A DNA stretch of 46,265 nt, from the IMG/VR virus record IMGVR_UViG_3300047561_000454, positions 1 through 46,265 of that record; one strand, 5' to 3'. Source of the stretch: a virus (taxonomy: Duplodnaviria > Caudoviricetes). Below the pieces are notes generated by a model that worked only from the letters and a program-made list of their open reading frames with translations, did not search any database and was not told the DNA's origin. Made by a program: the position numbers and the translations under genes. Below, in pieces: positions 7,740 to 16,814 of this stretch (the stretch's first letter is position 1; every line of letters starts with the position of its first letter).

Positions 7740-8722
7740 TTATTTAACCTTGATTGATATGCTAAGATAGTTTGTTTGATTCCATCTTTTAATGTAGTGT
7801 TAGGAAGTATGCCATACTTCTGTTGTCTATCTGGACTCAAGCAACGTATGGGATCCCCATTTGTTTTTGTCTCATCCCATACTATATTCTTTTTGATTCC
7901 AGAAATTTCTTCGTATGAATCTATGATTGCTTCGATAGTTTCTTTGATAGAAACTGCGGTTCCGCATCCAAAGTTTATAATGTCTCTAACCTCTTTTTTA
8001 ACTACGTCAATACTTGCTTGTGCGACATCATCGCCAAATACAAAGTCTCTGCGGGCAGAACCATTCCCCCAACATACCATGTCATTGCTTTCTACATTGA
8101 ATAGTTTCCAAATGTTTGAACTGATTACAGTTGCGTCTTGTGCAAAGTTATCATTTAGTCCATATATGTTTGATGGACGAATAACTGTCCAATTGTCCCA
8201 ACCGTACTGAACTTTTAATGATTCTAATGTTGCTTCACCCATACGCTTAGTCCAGCCGGGATACCAATCGTTCTGACTTGGGGTAGTTTTCCATACGTCA
8301 TCTTCATACATCATTTCTACAGGTTGATATACGCCAACGCTAGATAGATACACGAACCAGTCTACTTTAGCATCGAACGCTGCTTTGATCATGTTTGTGT
8401 TAAACATCAACATTGGGAACAGATAATCACAGGGTTGCTTACTAGAACGTGCAGGAGAACCTTTCACACCTGCAATGTGTAATACAACATCAATCTTATT
8501 ATCTTTGAATATAGCTTCGCAATTATGCAGATAGATTAAATCAGTCTTTAAGATAACTATGTTGTTTGGATATTTGTTTTGTAATTGAGTTAAATTATCC
8601 CCTATTACAATATCAACAGCATATACTTTGGATGCACCCTCTAATACGCATTTTTCAACAGTTGGTAGTCCAACTAGACCGTTTGCGCCGGTCACTAATA
8701 TCGTTTTGTTTTGTAGTTTCAT
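7736..8722 (-). CDS. Second Fcl-like extended SDR with a non-canonical active site
   Basis: GANGLVG, LSSVGVY, RPSNIYG.NDNF, WGNGSARRDFVF, INFGCG. The YxxxK position reads PGWTK. Confidence 0.8.
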   Translation of the reverse strand: MKLQNKTILVTGANGLVGLPTVEKCVLEGASKVYAVDIVIGDNLTQLQNKYPNNIVILKTDLIYLHNCEAIFKDNKIDVVLHIAGVKGSPARSSKQPCDYLFPMLMFNTNMIKAAFDAKVDWFVYLSSVGVYQPVEMMYEDDVWKTTPSQNDWYPGWTKRMGEATLESLKVQYGWDNWTVIRPSNIYGLNDNFAQDATVISSNIWKLFNVESNDMVCWGNGSARRDFVFGDDVAQASIDVVKKEVRDIINFGCGTAVSIKETIEAIIDSYEEISGIKKNIVWDETKTNGDPIRCLSPDRQQKYGILPNTTLKDGIKQTILAYQSRLNK

Positions 8723-8729
8723 ATTGTAT

Positions 8730-10136
8730 TTAAGAAGTTTGTGTTGTGTAGAATTTTTTTATGTCGCTAAATGCATTTTCAAATGGATTTATAATAGAAA
8801 ATGTTTTAAGTTGCGTTTGGTTATGTAGTAATATATCTTTTATAGAATAATACCATTGATGTATTTCTTCTATGGGTCTTTCATTTATTTTTTGTATTTC
8901 TTTTTCTATCATTTTAAATCTAGCTATAGGATCTTTCTCATCATCGTATGACTCATCAATGTATGGGTGAAATGTTTTAAATCCTAATTTTCTTAATTTC
9001 TTCAATGCATCAAAACAACCAATATAGATAAAAGGTTGTAAATTGAGTATAGGATGAAAAGTTTTTTCCGAAAAGAAAATTCCTTCTGACATTGAATTAC
9101 CTAAACTAGTTTCTGATGTTATATGTATATAAGAATTTTCATAGAATTCTTTCTTATTATTATCTGTAGGGAATCCTCTTTTTTGTTCAGCAGTCAAATG
9201 ATGCGTATCTAACTCATATGGGATCATTTTATATATTTGTTCAGCATATATAGAAGATTCTTCATAGTCACCAGTATACTTTACTAAATTTTTAGTTAAA
9301 GAATTAATATCTAAACTAGGGTTTAAAAAACTAAAATAACTATCACTCAACAGATTATGTTTAAGTGCTAGGTACGCTAACCAATAACGATGTGCCCTCA
9401 TTGTTCTATTCCAACACAAAAACTTCTTTGGTCTTACTATATTTAAATTTAAATCAGTTTCATTTACTGCATCTGATATGTATAACAATCCACTAAAATA
9501 TGGGAAATAATTTAATCTTTCTCCTGCTTGCTGAAGTAATAAATTACCATATGTCATTTTAATTTTATTTTTTGGATAAAATTTGTAGTATTCTTGAAAA
9601 TTGTTTCCACCTATTATAATAATATTTGAGCCATCTATTCCGTAACTACTAAAATATTTTTCTACTTCATCGATAGTTTCAGTATTGTACAATGGTTCAT
9701 GTATCAAATTTATAAGTAATTTTACTTTTCCTGATTTAAGTTTGTCTAGTACCCTAGTATCGATTGTATCTACAAATGTATAGTTATAAGTTACCCCGTC
9801 AACTGTTAAGGTTATTGGCCCTATGAAATCGGTTAATCCGGTACCTACTTCAATGGGAAATAAGTATATAGATTCATCATCTTGAATCTCATCGATTGTT
9901 ATAATATTTTCATTATCAAAATGCTTAGTATAATATCCTAAGAAATTTGAATGTCTGAAAAAAGAACTCCATTTTTGATCCGTGTTTACAGATGTTATTT
10001 CTTTTCGTATGGAGTCTATTGTTCTATTCTCGCTTGAAAATTTCTGTATATAAGAAATTACAGCAGGATGAACTCCATTCAATAGATATTGATTGCCATA
10101 TTTGTTGTTGTAAATTATTTTTAGAATACTACCCAT
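8730..10136 (-). CDS. Putative glycosyltransferase (GT-B; C-terminal motif reminiscent of GT10)
   Basis: KKFLCWNRTMRAHR, NSYIHITSETS..FFSEKTFHPI..QPFIYIG, LGFKTFHPYIDESYD. Paralog of 11954-13381. Confidence 0.6.
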   Translation of the reverse strand: MGSILKIIYNNKYGNQYLLNGVHPAVISYIQKFSSENRTIDSIRKEITSVNTDQKWSSFFRHSNFLGYYTKHFDNENIITIDEIQDDESIYLFPIEVGTGLTDFIGPITLTVDGVTYNYTFVDTIDTRVLDKLKSGKVKLLINLIHEPLYNTETIDEVEKYFSSYGIDGSNIIIIGGNNFQEYYKFYPKNKIKMTYGNLLLQQAGERLNYFPYFSGLLYISDAVNETDLNLNIVRPKKFLCWNRTMRAHRYWLAYLALKHNLLSDSYFSFLNPSLDINSLTKNLVKYTGDYEESSIYAEQIYKMIPYELDTHHLTAEQKRGFPTDNNKKEFYENSYIHITSETSLGNSMSEGIFFSEKTFHPILNLQPFIYIGCFDALKKLRKLGFKTFHPYIDESYDDEKDPIARFKMIEKEIQKINERPIEEIHQWYYSIKDILLHNQTQLKTFSIINPFENAFSDIKKFYTTQTS

Positions 10137-10747
10137 TTTCCTGATCCATAGTGAGGGTATTTTGATTTATAATTATAATGTATTACATCATCTGGAATAT
10201 CTCTTTTTTTATTCCATGTGGCATCAGTTGGAGTATAAGTGGATACTCCATTATCTTCTACTACAAAATATAATGGCAAATCAAAATTTCTAGCATACTT
10301 ATGTACTTCATAAAATATGCCGCTTTCAAAACTCATGTCACCAATAAAGCACCAAACTTTATCAGTACCATTGTCTTTTTTTATAGACTGTGCTACTCCT
10401 AAAGCAACAGATAATGTTCCACCTACTATCGCAGAAGAATAGAATTTCTCATCAACTTTGCATATGTTTATAGACCTGCCCTTAAGTACTTCACTTTCTA
10501 CAAACTCGCTTGATACCCCTTTTAATAGTGCATGGTAATGTGAGCGCCATGTAGAAAATACCCAATCAGTAGTACTGATCCTTTTGAATATTTCAATAAG
10601 TTGTTTTTCATTTCCGTTAGACAAGTGTATGGGTCCGCGAATCTTTGCACCTTCCCAATGTGAAACCATCAATTCTTCGAATTTGATTAGTTCATCTTCA
10701 GTGTAAAGTGATTCTCTTTTAATTGGATATTGTTCTAAATTTATCAT
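10121..10747 (-). CDS. ThDP-dependent enzyme, minimal E1-alpha-like subunit
   Basis: GPIHLSNGNE, STWRSHYHAL, SAIVGG, and the ThDP-binding motif GDMSFESG...VVEDN. Only 208 aa. Confidence 0.88.
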   Translation of the reverse strand: MINLEQYPIKRESLYTEDELIKFEELMVSHWEGAKIRGPIHLSNGNEKQLIEIFKRISTTDWVFSTWRSHYHALLKGVSSEFVESEVLKGRSINICKVDEKFYSSAIVGGTLSVALGVAQSIKKDNGTDKVWCFIGDMSFESGIFYEVHKYARNFDLPLYFVVEDNGVSTYTPTDATWNKKRDIPDDVIHYNYKSKYPHYGSGKWVVF

Positions 10748-11289
10748 CTATCTCTTTCTTGTAGTGTGGGTGAATTAGTGGGCCATTCAATATTGAATTT
10801 AGGGTCATTCCATTTAATCACGCCTTGTTTATTTTCATCAACATACGCACCGCTGTAAAATAAATTATAATGAAATATGCAATCGGTCAATGCATAATGT
10901 CCGTTTGCAAACCCTGGCGGAACTAGTACTTGGTCTCTAGTTTTCTCAGAGATTACATAAGATTCCCATCTGCCAAACGTATCTGAATTTGGTCGCATAT
11001 CTAATACGACTAGGTATATATCCCCAACTAGTGCCTGTACTAGTTTGTACGTCTTGTCATCATAGTGCAATCCACGCAGTACATTTTTATATGATTTGGA
11101 AAATCTACCATGTACTACAGTATCGTTAGATAATAAATCATTAACTGGATGAGTTTCACTATGATAAGTTGTGAATATCTCTCCCCTAAATTCTCTGTAT
11201 ACAGAAGGTGAATATACCGGAACATCTTGTCCAAATGTTTTTAAGTGAGAGACTTCTACATCGTCCCATGTGTTGTTTTTATAGTTCAT
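10744..11289 (-). CDS. rmlC: RmlC-family NDP-4-keto-sugar 3,5-epimerase, Cj1430-like
   Basis: FRGEIF, NVLRGLHY..TYKLV, DMRPNS.TFG.W, VPPGFANGHY, WNDP.FNIEWP. The GFAHG His is replaced by Asn, as I recall for the Campylobacter heptose epimerase. Confidence 0.85.
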   Translation of the reverse strand: MNYKNNTWDDVEVSHLKTFGQDVPVYSPSVYREFRGEIFTTYHSETHPVNDLLSNDTVVHGRFSKSYKNVLRGLHYDDKTYKLVQALVGDIYLVVLDMRPNSDTFGRWESYVISEKTRDQVLVPPGFANGHYALTDCIFHYNLFYSGAYVDENKQGVIKWNDPKFNIEWPTNSPTLQERDR

Positions 11290-11939
11290 TGTGGAATATA
11301 TGGTGTGATTTCAAAATCGTTTTGACAGTAAAGCGCATCTGAATTATTGTCCGGTGGGCCATATACCATATAATACCCCATATCTTTCATTAGTTGATTG
11401 AACTCCTCAGAGGAAGTATTTGAATCATAACAATTAAATGCACCAACTTCTGCCCAGATACATTTTGGTTTATATTCTCCGATATTCTGAAATACTTTTA
11501 ATTCAGCCCCTTCAACATCTATATGTATAAAATCAGGCGTTACATTGTGTTCTTTGCAGAATGTTTCTAATCTAATACTATCAATCGTCATTGGATCCCC
11601 GTATACTTGTTCATGTAATTCAGTATGAAAATCAAATGGTCTAAATATGCTGCCAGAGTAAGGATAATTTTTTCCATGTTCAGTTAAGCAAGGATGAAAA
11701 ATAGTAGTTCCATCGGTGTCGCATACTGCTACTTTAAAATAGTTAATATCAAATTGTGTGGAATTTTTTTCATTTCTTTCATGCCAATAATCAAATGCTT
11801 CAAAAGCATATAGTTTAACATTGGGCATCAAACGTCTTAATAGTTTTGATACTTCCATATCAGCAGCACCAATATCAAACAAAACAAAGTTTTCTTTGTT
11901 AAAGTTTTCTTTAACCCATTCTAAATTAAGTTGTGTCAT
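11286..11939 (-). CDS. FkbM-family methyltransferase
   Basis: Motifs LFDIGAA, YAFEAF, AVCDTDG, IRLETF, PDFIHIDVEGAELKV. Confidence 0.88.
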   Translation of the reverse strand: MTQLNLEWVKENFNKENFVLFDIGAADMEVSKLLRRLMPNVKLYAFEAFDYWHERNEKNSTQFDINYFKVAVCDTDGTTIFHPCLTEHGKNYPYSGSIFRPFDFHTELHEQVYGDPMTIDSIRLETFCKEHNVTPDFIHIDVEGAELKVFQNIGEYKPKCIWAEVGAFNCYDSNTSSEEFNQLMKDMGYYMVYGPPDNNSDALYCQNDFEITPYIPQ

Positions 11940-11953
11940 TATGAATTTATTTA

Positions 11954-13381
11954 TTAACTAATTCGGTCATGCAAGTATTTTATTAACTCGGGACCTTTTG
12001 GTTCATGTTTGTAAATCTCTAGTATATGATTATGATTATGGATTAGAATATCTTCCATCTGCCAAAACCATTCATGTATTTGTTCTTTGCTCATACTGCA
12101 TAATCTATTAATTTCTTTAACAATCATATTCATTCTTGTTGCCTCAGAGGGTTCATTATCATAACTCTCGTCAATAAATGGGTGAAACGTTTTGAATCCT
12201 AAACTTTGTAATAATGCTAATGCACCTGGATATGCTACAAAAAAGAATGGTTGAAAGTTTACAATAGGTTTAAAAACTTTTTCGGTTAATGATTTGTATT
12301 CTGTATTAACAATCATTTCAGTGCATATATAAAAATATGAATTTTTATGTGCTTCTGCTTGTTGGTCAGTCCATGCACTTACGTCTGCGTGAGTGATACC
12401 TTCTTCTGATTCTAAAGTTTTTGGAAGTTTTACAGTCTGATCAATTAGATCAGTATTTAAATTCCATTGATATTTTTCATTAAATCCAGCTACTTCCCAA
12501 TCTTTAATTTTAAATTTTGTTAAGCATGACCAATCACCTTTCGTTAATAGATTATCTGACGCTAATTTATATAGCAAGGCTTTTCTGTGCGGCCTTATGT
12601 TACGTATTTTAAATAAAAAATGATTCTTCCTAAGAATATTTTTTGTATCTTTAAAGGTAGATATGTCAAGTCGCGCTGGATAAGACGATTGATTGTAGTG
12701 CCAAGATGCAGCGCACATGACATATGGCCAATTTTTTACTTCTAATCTTCTTTCTTCTTCCTTAAACCAAGATTCGTACATTTCTTTTGCATTAAAACTG
12801 TTAAATGCTAATATTACTTGTTCTTTTGGAATCCCACTAAGTCGTAGACATTCATGCAAATTTATGTAATTTTCTTTTTCAACAAAATTTTCTTGACCAA
12901 AATCAATAAAGATTATTGAATTTCTTTGCTGTGCATCTTGTAATGCCTCCATGGACATATGTTTCCAAAAATATTCTCCGTTTAATTTATTTCCAATATT
13001 CAAATTTACACCTATAAATTCTTCAATGTATGGTGTTATTTTTATAGGATATATATATTTTTTATAAGTTATTGACGCATCAAACTGCATATTTTGTTTA
13101 CCAAAATACAAAGAATTTTCTTTAATTAAAAAGTCAGCATACCACGGCGCATTGAGGTGAGTACCATTATGCCGAATGCTAGTTGTCCATCTACCTAAAT
13201 TATTATCAAACATATGTTGTGGGATAGTACTTGCACCTACATCAGTATAACAATTCTGTTTTTCTCTGTTAGAATATAATGTATGTAAATAATTTATTAT
13301 ACCATATTCATTATTCAATGCATTTGGTAATATAAAATTAGGAAATACGTAATCGTAAAAAAAAGGTAATTCGTATGGCAT
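11954..13381 (-). CDS. Putative glycosyltransferase, paralog of 8730-10136
   Basis: NHFLFKIRNIRPHR, NSYFYICTE..SLTEKVFKPI..QPFF, LGFKTFHPFIDESYD. Confidence 0.6.
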   Translation of the reverse strand: MPYELPFFYDYVFPNFILPNALNNEYGIINYLHTLYSNREKQNCYTDVGASTIPQHMFDNNLGRWTTSIRHNGTHLNAPWYADFLIKENSLYFGKQNMQFDASITYKKYIYPIKITPYIEEFIGVNLNIGNKLNGEYFWKHMSMEALQDAQQRNSIIFIDFGQENFVEKENYINLHECLRLSGIPKEQVILAFNSFNAKEMYESWFKEEERRLEVKNWPYVMCAASWHYNQSSYPARLDISTFKDTKNILRKNHFLFKIRNIRPHRKALLYKLASDNLLTKGDWSCLTKFKIKDWEVAGFNEKYQWNLNTDLIDQTVKLPKTLESEEGITHADVSAWTDQQAEAHKNSYFYICTEMIVNTEYKSLTEKVFKPIVNFQPFFFVAYPGALALLQSLGFKTFHPFIDESYDNEPSEATRMNMIVKEINRLCSMSKEQIHEWFWQMEDILIHNHNHILEIYKHEPKGPELIKYLHDRIS

Positions 13382-13384
13382 ATT

Positions 13385-14782
13385 TTATAATGATTTACAC
13401 ATAGTATAGAAATCACCCAATTCAGGAAAAGTTTCTAAAAAATTAGTTCCGCGACGGCGATCATGCTCATCTACAAAGATTGCAAAATCTTTTCTATTAC
13501 AAGTTGTATGCTCATTTTCATTGAATCCATCTTTAACTAGATTATATATTCTTTTTAATTTGTCTGCTTCATTCTCAAAGAATCCTTTATTAGCAGTAGC
13601 AGACCACCCTTTATATTCTAGATTTCTATACATATGCGTAACTTGATCATATATTAGTTGTACTAAATCTTTATTAAGTATGAACACCGATTGATGATGA
13701 GGGAATCTTAGATAAGGTATATCTAGTAATAACGGATTTTTTCTATCTTCACTACCACTGTACATTTTCTTGAACTCTAATACATCGTCTAAGAATTTAG
13801 TATAAGAAGTAATACTCAAAGCATTATAAGTGCTCATTATTGTAAATTGCATTTCTGGTACTTCACGATATGCTTTATGCAGGTTAGACAACCACATGTC
13901 ATAGTCCATACCAAATCTGATATATTCTGACTGTTTCCCATGTGCCTCCGCGCTAGTGAACAATTTGAAGTTTTTCAACTTCTTCTCAGTCATAATTATT
14001 TTGACTTTTTCTAAGAACTTGTCAAATATCTCTGGTGGAGGATTCATATTAGTATTGATACTTACCTCTAAATTAGGATTAGGATTTTCAATAATGTAAT
14101 CTAAAACTTTGAAAGTATTCTTATTAAGTAATGGCTCGCCGCCGGTTATCCTAAAATGCTGTAAATTGTTATACATCTTAGGCCACCATTCCCAGAATGC
14201 ATCAACATATGGATTCTCATCTTTGTTTGGAATCGGCATCATGCTCTGTGATTCTAACCAACCTAAATTATTGAATTTATGTGTAGTTGGATATGCACCA
14301 TATCTTTCAATCTCTTCCATCCACTGACTACTAATATGCGGAGCACAATAGCTGCATTTAAAATTACACACATTTCCAAAACTAACTTCTACATAACTAG
14401 GATCTACATTGTCATCCCATGGTTTAGAAACGATGTCATTAATATAGGGTAATGCCCACTTGGTATCACTACTCTTGTATACTCGGTCGCTAATGCTATC
14501 GCCTTGGTCTTCTACTTTCCAACAATAGTCACATTCACTTGGGCGCACGCCTTCAAGCATTAACTTTCTTTGCTGTTTTTTGAATTGTGAATTGTGCAAT
14601 GCAGTTGGATTAGATTTAATCTCGTCTAATGGCACTACATGCGTGGCAGGGTGATGACAACTATGTGTATGCCCGTTCTGCAAATGCATAGTTACTTGTT
14701 TCCATTTAGCTACGCAAAAGCTAGGGCTTACTGCATCTAGTTTAGCTTTTACACTTGCTATGTGTGTTTGATATTGATCCAT
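13385..14782 (-). CDS. Radical SAM protein with an N-terminal twitch/SPASM-like domain
   Basis: CxxxCxxC motif (CNFKCSYC) and TGGEPLL. The N-terminal region has CVAKW..SCHHP..CDYCW. Confidence 0.9.
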   Translation of the reverse strand: MDQYQTHIASVKAKLDAVSPSFCVAKWKQVTMHLQNGHTHSCHHPATHVVPLDEIKSNPTALHNSQFKKQQRKLMLEGVRPSECDYCWKVEDQGDSISDRVYKSSDTKWALPYINDIVSKPWDDNVDPSYVEVSFGNVCNFKCSYCAPHISSQWMEEIERYGAYPTTHKFNNLGWLESQSMMPIPNKDENPYVDAFWEWWPKMYNNLQHFRITGGEPLLNKNTFKVLDYIIENPNPNLEVSINTNMNPPPEIFDKFLEKVKIIMTEKKLKNFKLFTSAEAHGKQSEYIRFGMDYDMWLSNLHKAYREVPEMQFTIMSTYNALSITSYTKFLDDVLEFKKMYSGSEDRKNPLLLDIPYLRFPHHQSVFILNKDLVQLIYDQVTHMYRNLEYKGWSATANKGFFENEADKLKRIYNLVKDGFNENEHTTCNRKDFAIFVDEHDRRRGTNFLETFPELGDFYTMCKSL

Positions 14783-14783
14783 G

Positions 14784-15737
14784 TTACCAACCTTCTATTT
14801 TTCTTATTACGTCCATCTCAGTTACTAATGGCCCCAGATTACGAAAATCTGCTTTATAATGTCTCTTAAAGAATTTACTTTGTCCACGGTCTAATGTACA
14901 CATAGGTAACCCAAGTTTGTCGTGTAATGATGCACCTAATAGTGTTGCTTCACGGTGTGGATCTCTATTGTATTCTTGTTCTTCCCACATTGTTATATAG
15001 TTGTCAAACCATTGAACATTTGTATGTTCCCAATTAGACAACATAGTCATATATGTTCCCAATCGTGCGCCATAGATAGCCCACATGCCATTCTCAACAT
15101 CTGCACCCACATTGTGCCAGATAGTCAAGTTGTTCATGTTACGCATAGCTACCATTTCTTTGAACATTTCAATATCAGGTTTTCCACCTTTGTACAAACA
15201 CATCTTGACCCCTTCACGGAATCCAGCACGCCATGCTTGAAATGGGGTATAGTTAGGATGTGTCGTTGAATAACAATCGTGCATAGACCAGTATAAGTTA
15301 TCTGTGCTGTCTAAACAGAAGTCAGCGATTCGTGCTACATCACCTTCAGTTTGATTCTCATGTGTTTTCATCTCACGCACATAAGTCTTTGTCCAGCTGC
15401 TCATCCCACCGTTACCATATTGTAGTCCGTTGATGCTATTGATTGCTTTCCATCGAAACTGTGCTTGATGGAATCGTTCGTCTTTATCAGTAAAGTCTAA
15501 TTGCATATTGAAGAAACTTTCTTCTGGCATATTATCACCGTCAATTAGAATAAATCGTTCGGTGTCACTGGCTAGTCCTGCTGCTTTGTGTGCAGCATCA
15601 CTACCTTTTACTCCGTCAACTCGTTTAGCCCATGGTACCATGTTCTTAATCTTAAGCCAGAATTCTTCTTTTTGTGGCTCGTCATAGCTTAGGTAGATGC
15701 AATCTAAATCTGCTACATCAACAATTTCATAACTCAT
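14784..15737 (-). CDS. Glycosyltransferase-like protein (GT-A, DxD motif)
   Basis: DCIYLSYDEP, RVDGVKGSDAAHKAA, FILIDGDN, YGNGG, AWRAGFREGVKM. Confidence 0.72.
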   Translation of the reverse strand: MSYEIVDVADLDCIYLSYDEPQKEEFWLKIKNMVPWAKRVDGVKGSDAAHKAAGLASDTERFILIDGDNMPEESFFNMQLDFTDKDERFHQAQFRWKAINSINGLQYGNGGMSSWTKTYVREMKTHENQTEGDVARIADFCLDSTDNLYWSMHDCYSTTHPNYTPFQAWRAGFREGVKMCLYKGGKPDIEMFKEMVAMRNMNNLTIWHNVGADVENGMWAIYGARLGTYMTMLSNWEHTNVQWFDNYITMWEEQEYNRDPHREATLLGASLHDKLGLPMCTLDRGQSKFFKRHYKADFRNLGPLVTEMDVIRKIEGW

Positions 15738-16062
15738 ATGTTTTCAATTTCCATTTGGTATGTTTTTCGTTATTATCTACTACGATGCTTATGTCATCAA
15801 AGCTACACGCAATACCTTCACTATCATTTGGCATTAGTTTATGAACCACTGATTCTGCTTTGAATCTTGAAACCTTGCCATCGATAACTCTAACATCAGG
15901 TCTAGCTTCAGCGAATGTCATTGCATCTATTACAATATAGTTACCTTCAAACGACTTATCACCAGTGTAACATATCACTTTTCCGTGTTCATCATAATAC
16001 AATCTGAATTCGGGTGGTATTAATTTAGGTGCTTCCCAAATAATAACATGTTCTTCGCTCAT
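15727..16062 (-). CDS. Hypothetical protein
   Basis: 111-aa ORF overlapping both neighbours in the operon. Confidence 0.75.
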   Translation of the reverse strand: MSEEHVIIWEAPKLIPPEFRLYYDEHGKVICYTGDKSFEGNYIVIDAMTFAEARPDVRVIDGKVSRFKAESVVHKLMPNDSEGIACSFDDISIVVDNNEKHTKWKLKTYEL

Positions 16063-16814
16063 AGTATTATCTTATCACAAAAATTCTTCACATGATAGTG
16101 AAATGGGTACTGCTGTGGCACAGTTTGAACTCTAATCTGATCAAGCAAACATTCATATATAAAAGTATCTGTCCAGTTTTCAGTTGGAGTTCCATTGATG
16201 TATTGTTTCATATGAACCATGCTCATCTCAGTAAAAGTAGGTAATGTAGTTTTTTCTACCCCTATAATATGACACGCTAGTGCATAAACCCAATCAGTTG
16301 TTGCTATTTCATCTGGATTGCATTTTAATATTTTCTTGTATTCTTCCCAATTTTCAAAAATCTCTCTCACCAGTAAAAAGAAATACTCAGCACTTTTTGA
16401 TTTCTTGAAATAAGTTATAGAGTTGTATACATCTGGTAATTTATTATCATCAATGAATCTACGATAGAATCGTATATCTGATATTTCTTGCTTAAAATTT
16501 CTTATTGTATTTGAAACTACAACATCTTGGTCTTTAAGAACATTCCACCAATGATCAATATTGCGAGGAATGTACATATCAGCTTCTAACTTAATTGTAT
16601 AATCATATGGACTTGCTTCATATACTTGCCAATCATTGATAAGTTTCCAGTTACTATCAGTTGCCAAGTCACCATAGGGCAGCATGTCAGTAGTGATGAT
16701 AGTTATGTTGGCATCTGGCATCACTCTCAATATGCTTTTACGCAATACGTCAGCACAATTAGTATAGCTTGTACTGTCAGTATCTTGAGCCATTATAACG
16801 AATCCTTTATTCAC
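16059..16814 (-). CDS. Glycosyltransferase-like protein (GT8/nucleotide-diphospho-sugar transferase-like)
   Basis: KGFVIMAQ, SPYDYTIKLEADM (ExD), YNSITYFKKS, TDWVYALA. Paralog of 16807-17613. Confidence 0.72.
   Translation of the reverse strand: MNKGFVIMAQDTDSTSYTNCADVLRKSILRVMPDANITIITTDMLPYGDLATDSNWKLINDWQVYEASPYDYTIKLEADMYIPRNIDHWWNVLKDQDVVVSNTIRNFKQEISDIRFYRRFIDDNKLPDVYNSITYFKKSKSAEYFFLLVREIFENWEEYKKILKCNPDEIATTDWVYALACHIIGVEKTTLPTFTEMSMVHMKQYINGTPTENWTDTFIYECLLDQIRVQTVPQQYPFHYHVKNFCDKIIL

Noticed and set aside
4241-10747. Pyruvate dehydrogenase as a central-metabolism auxiliary gene
   Set aside because: Both subunits are truncated, there is no E2/E3, and the genes are embedded among NDP-sugar genes.
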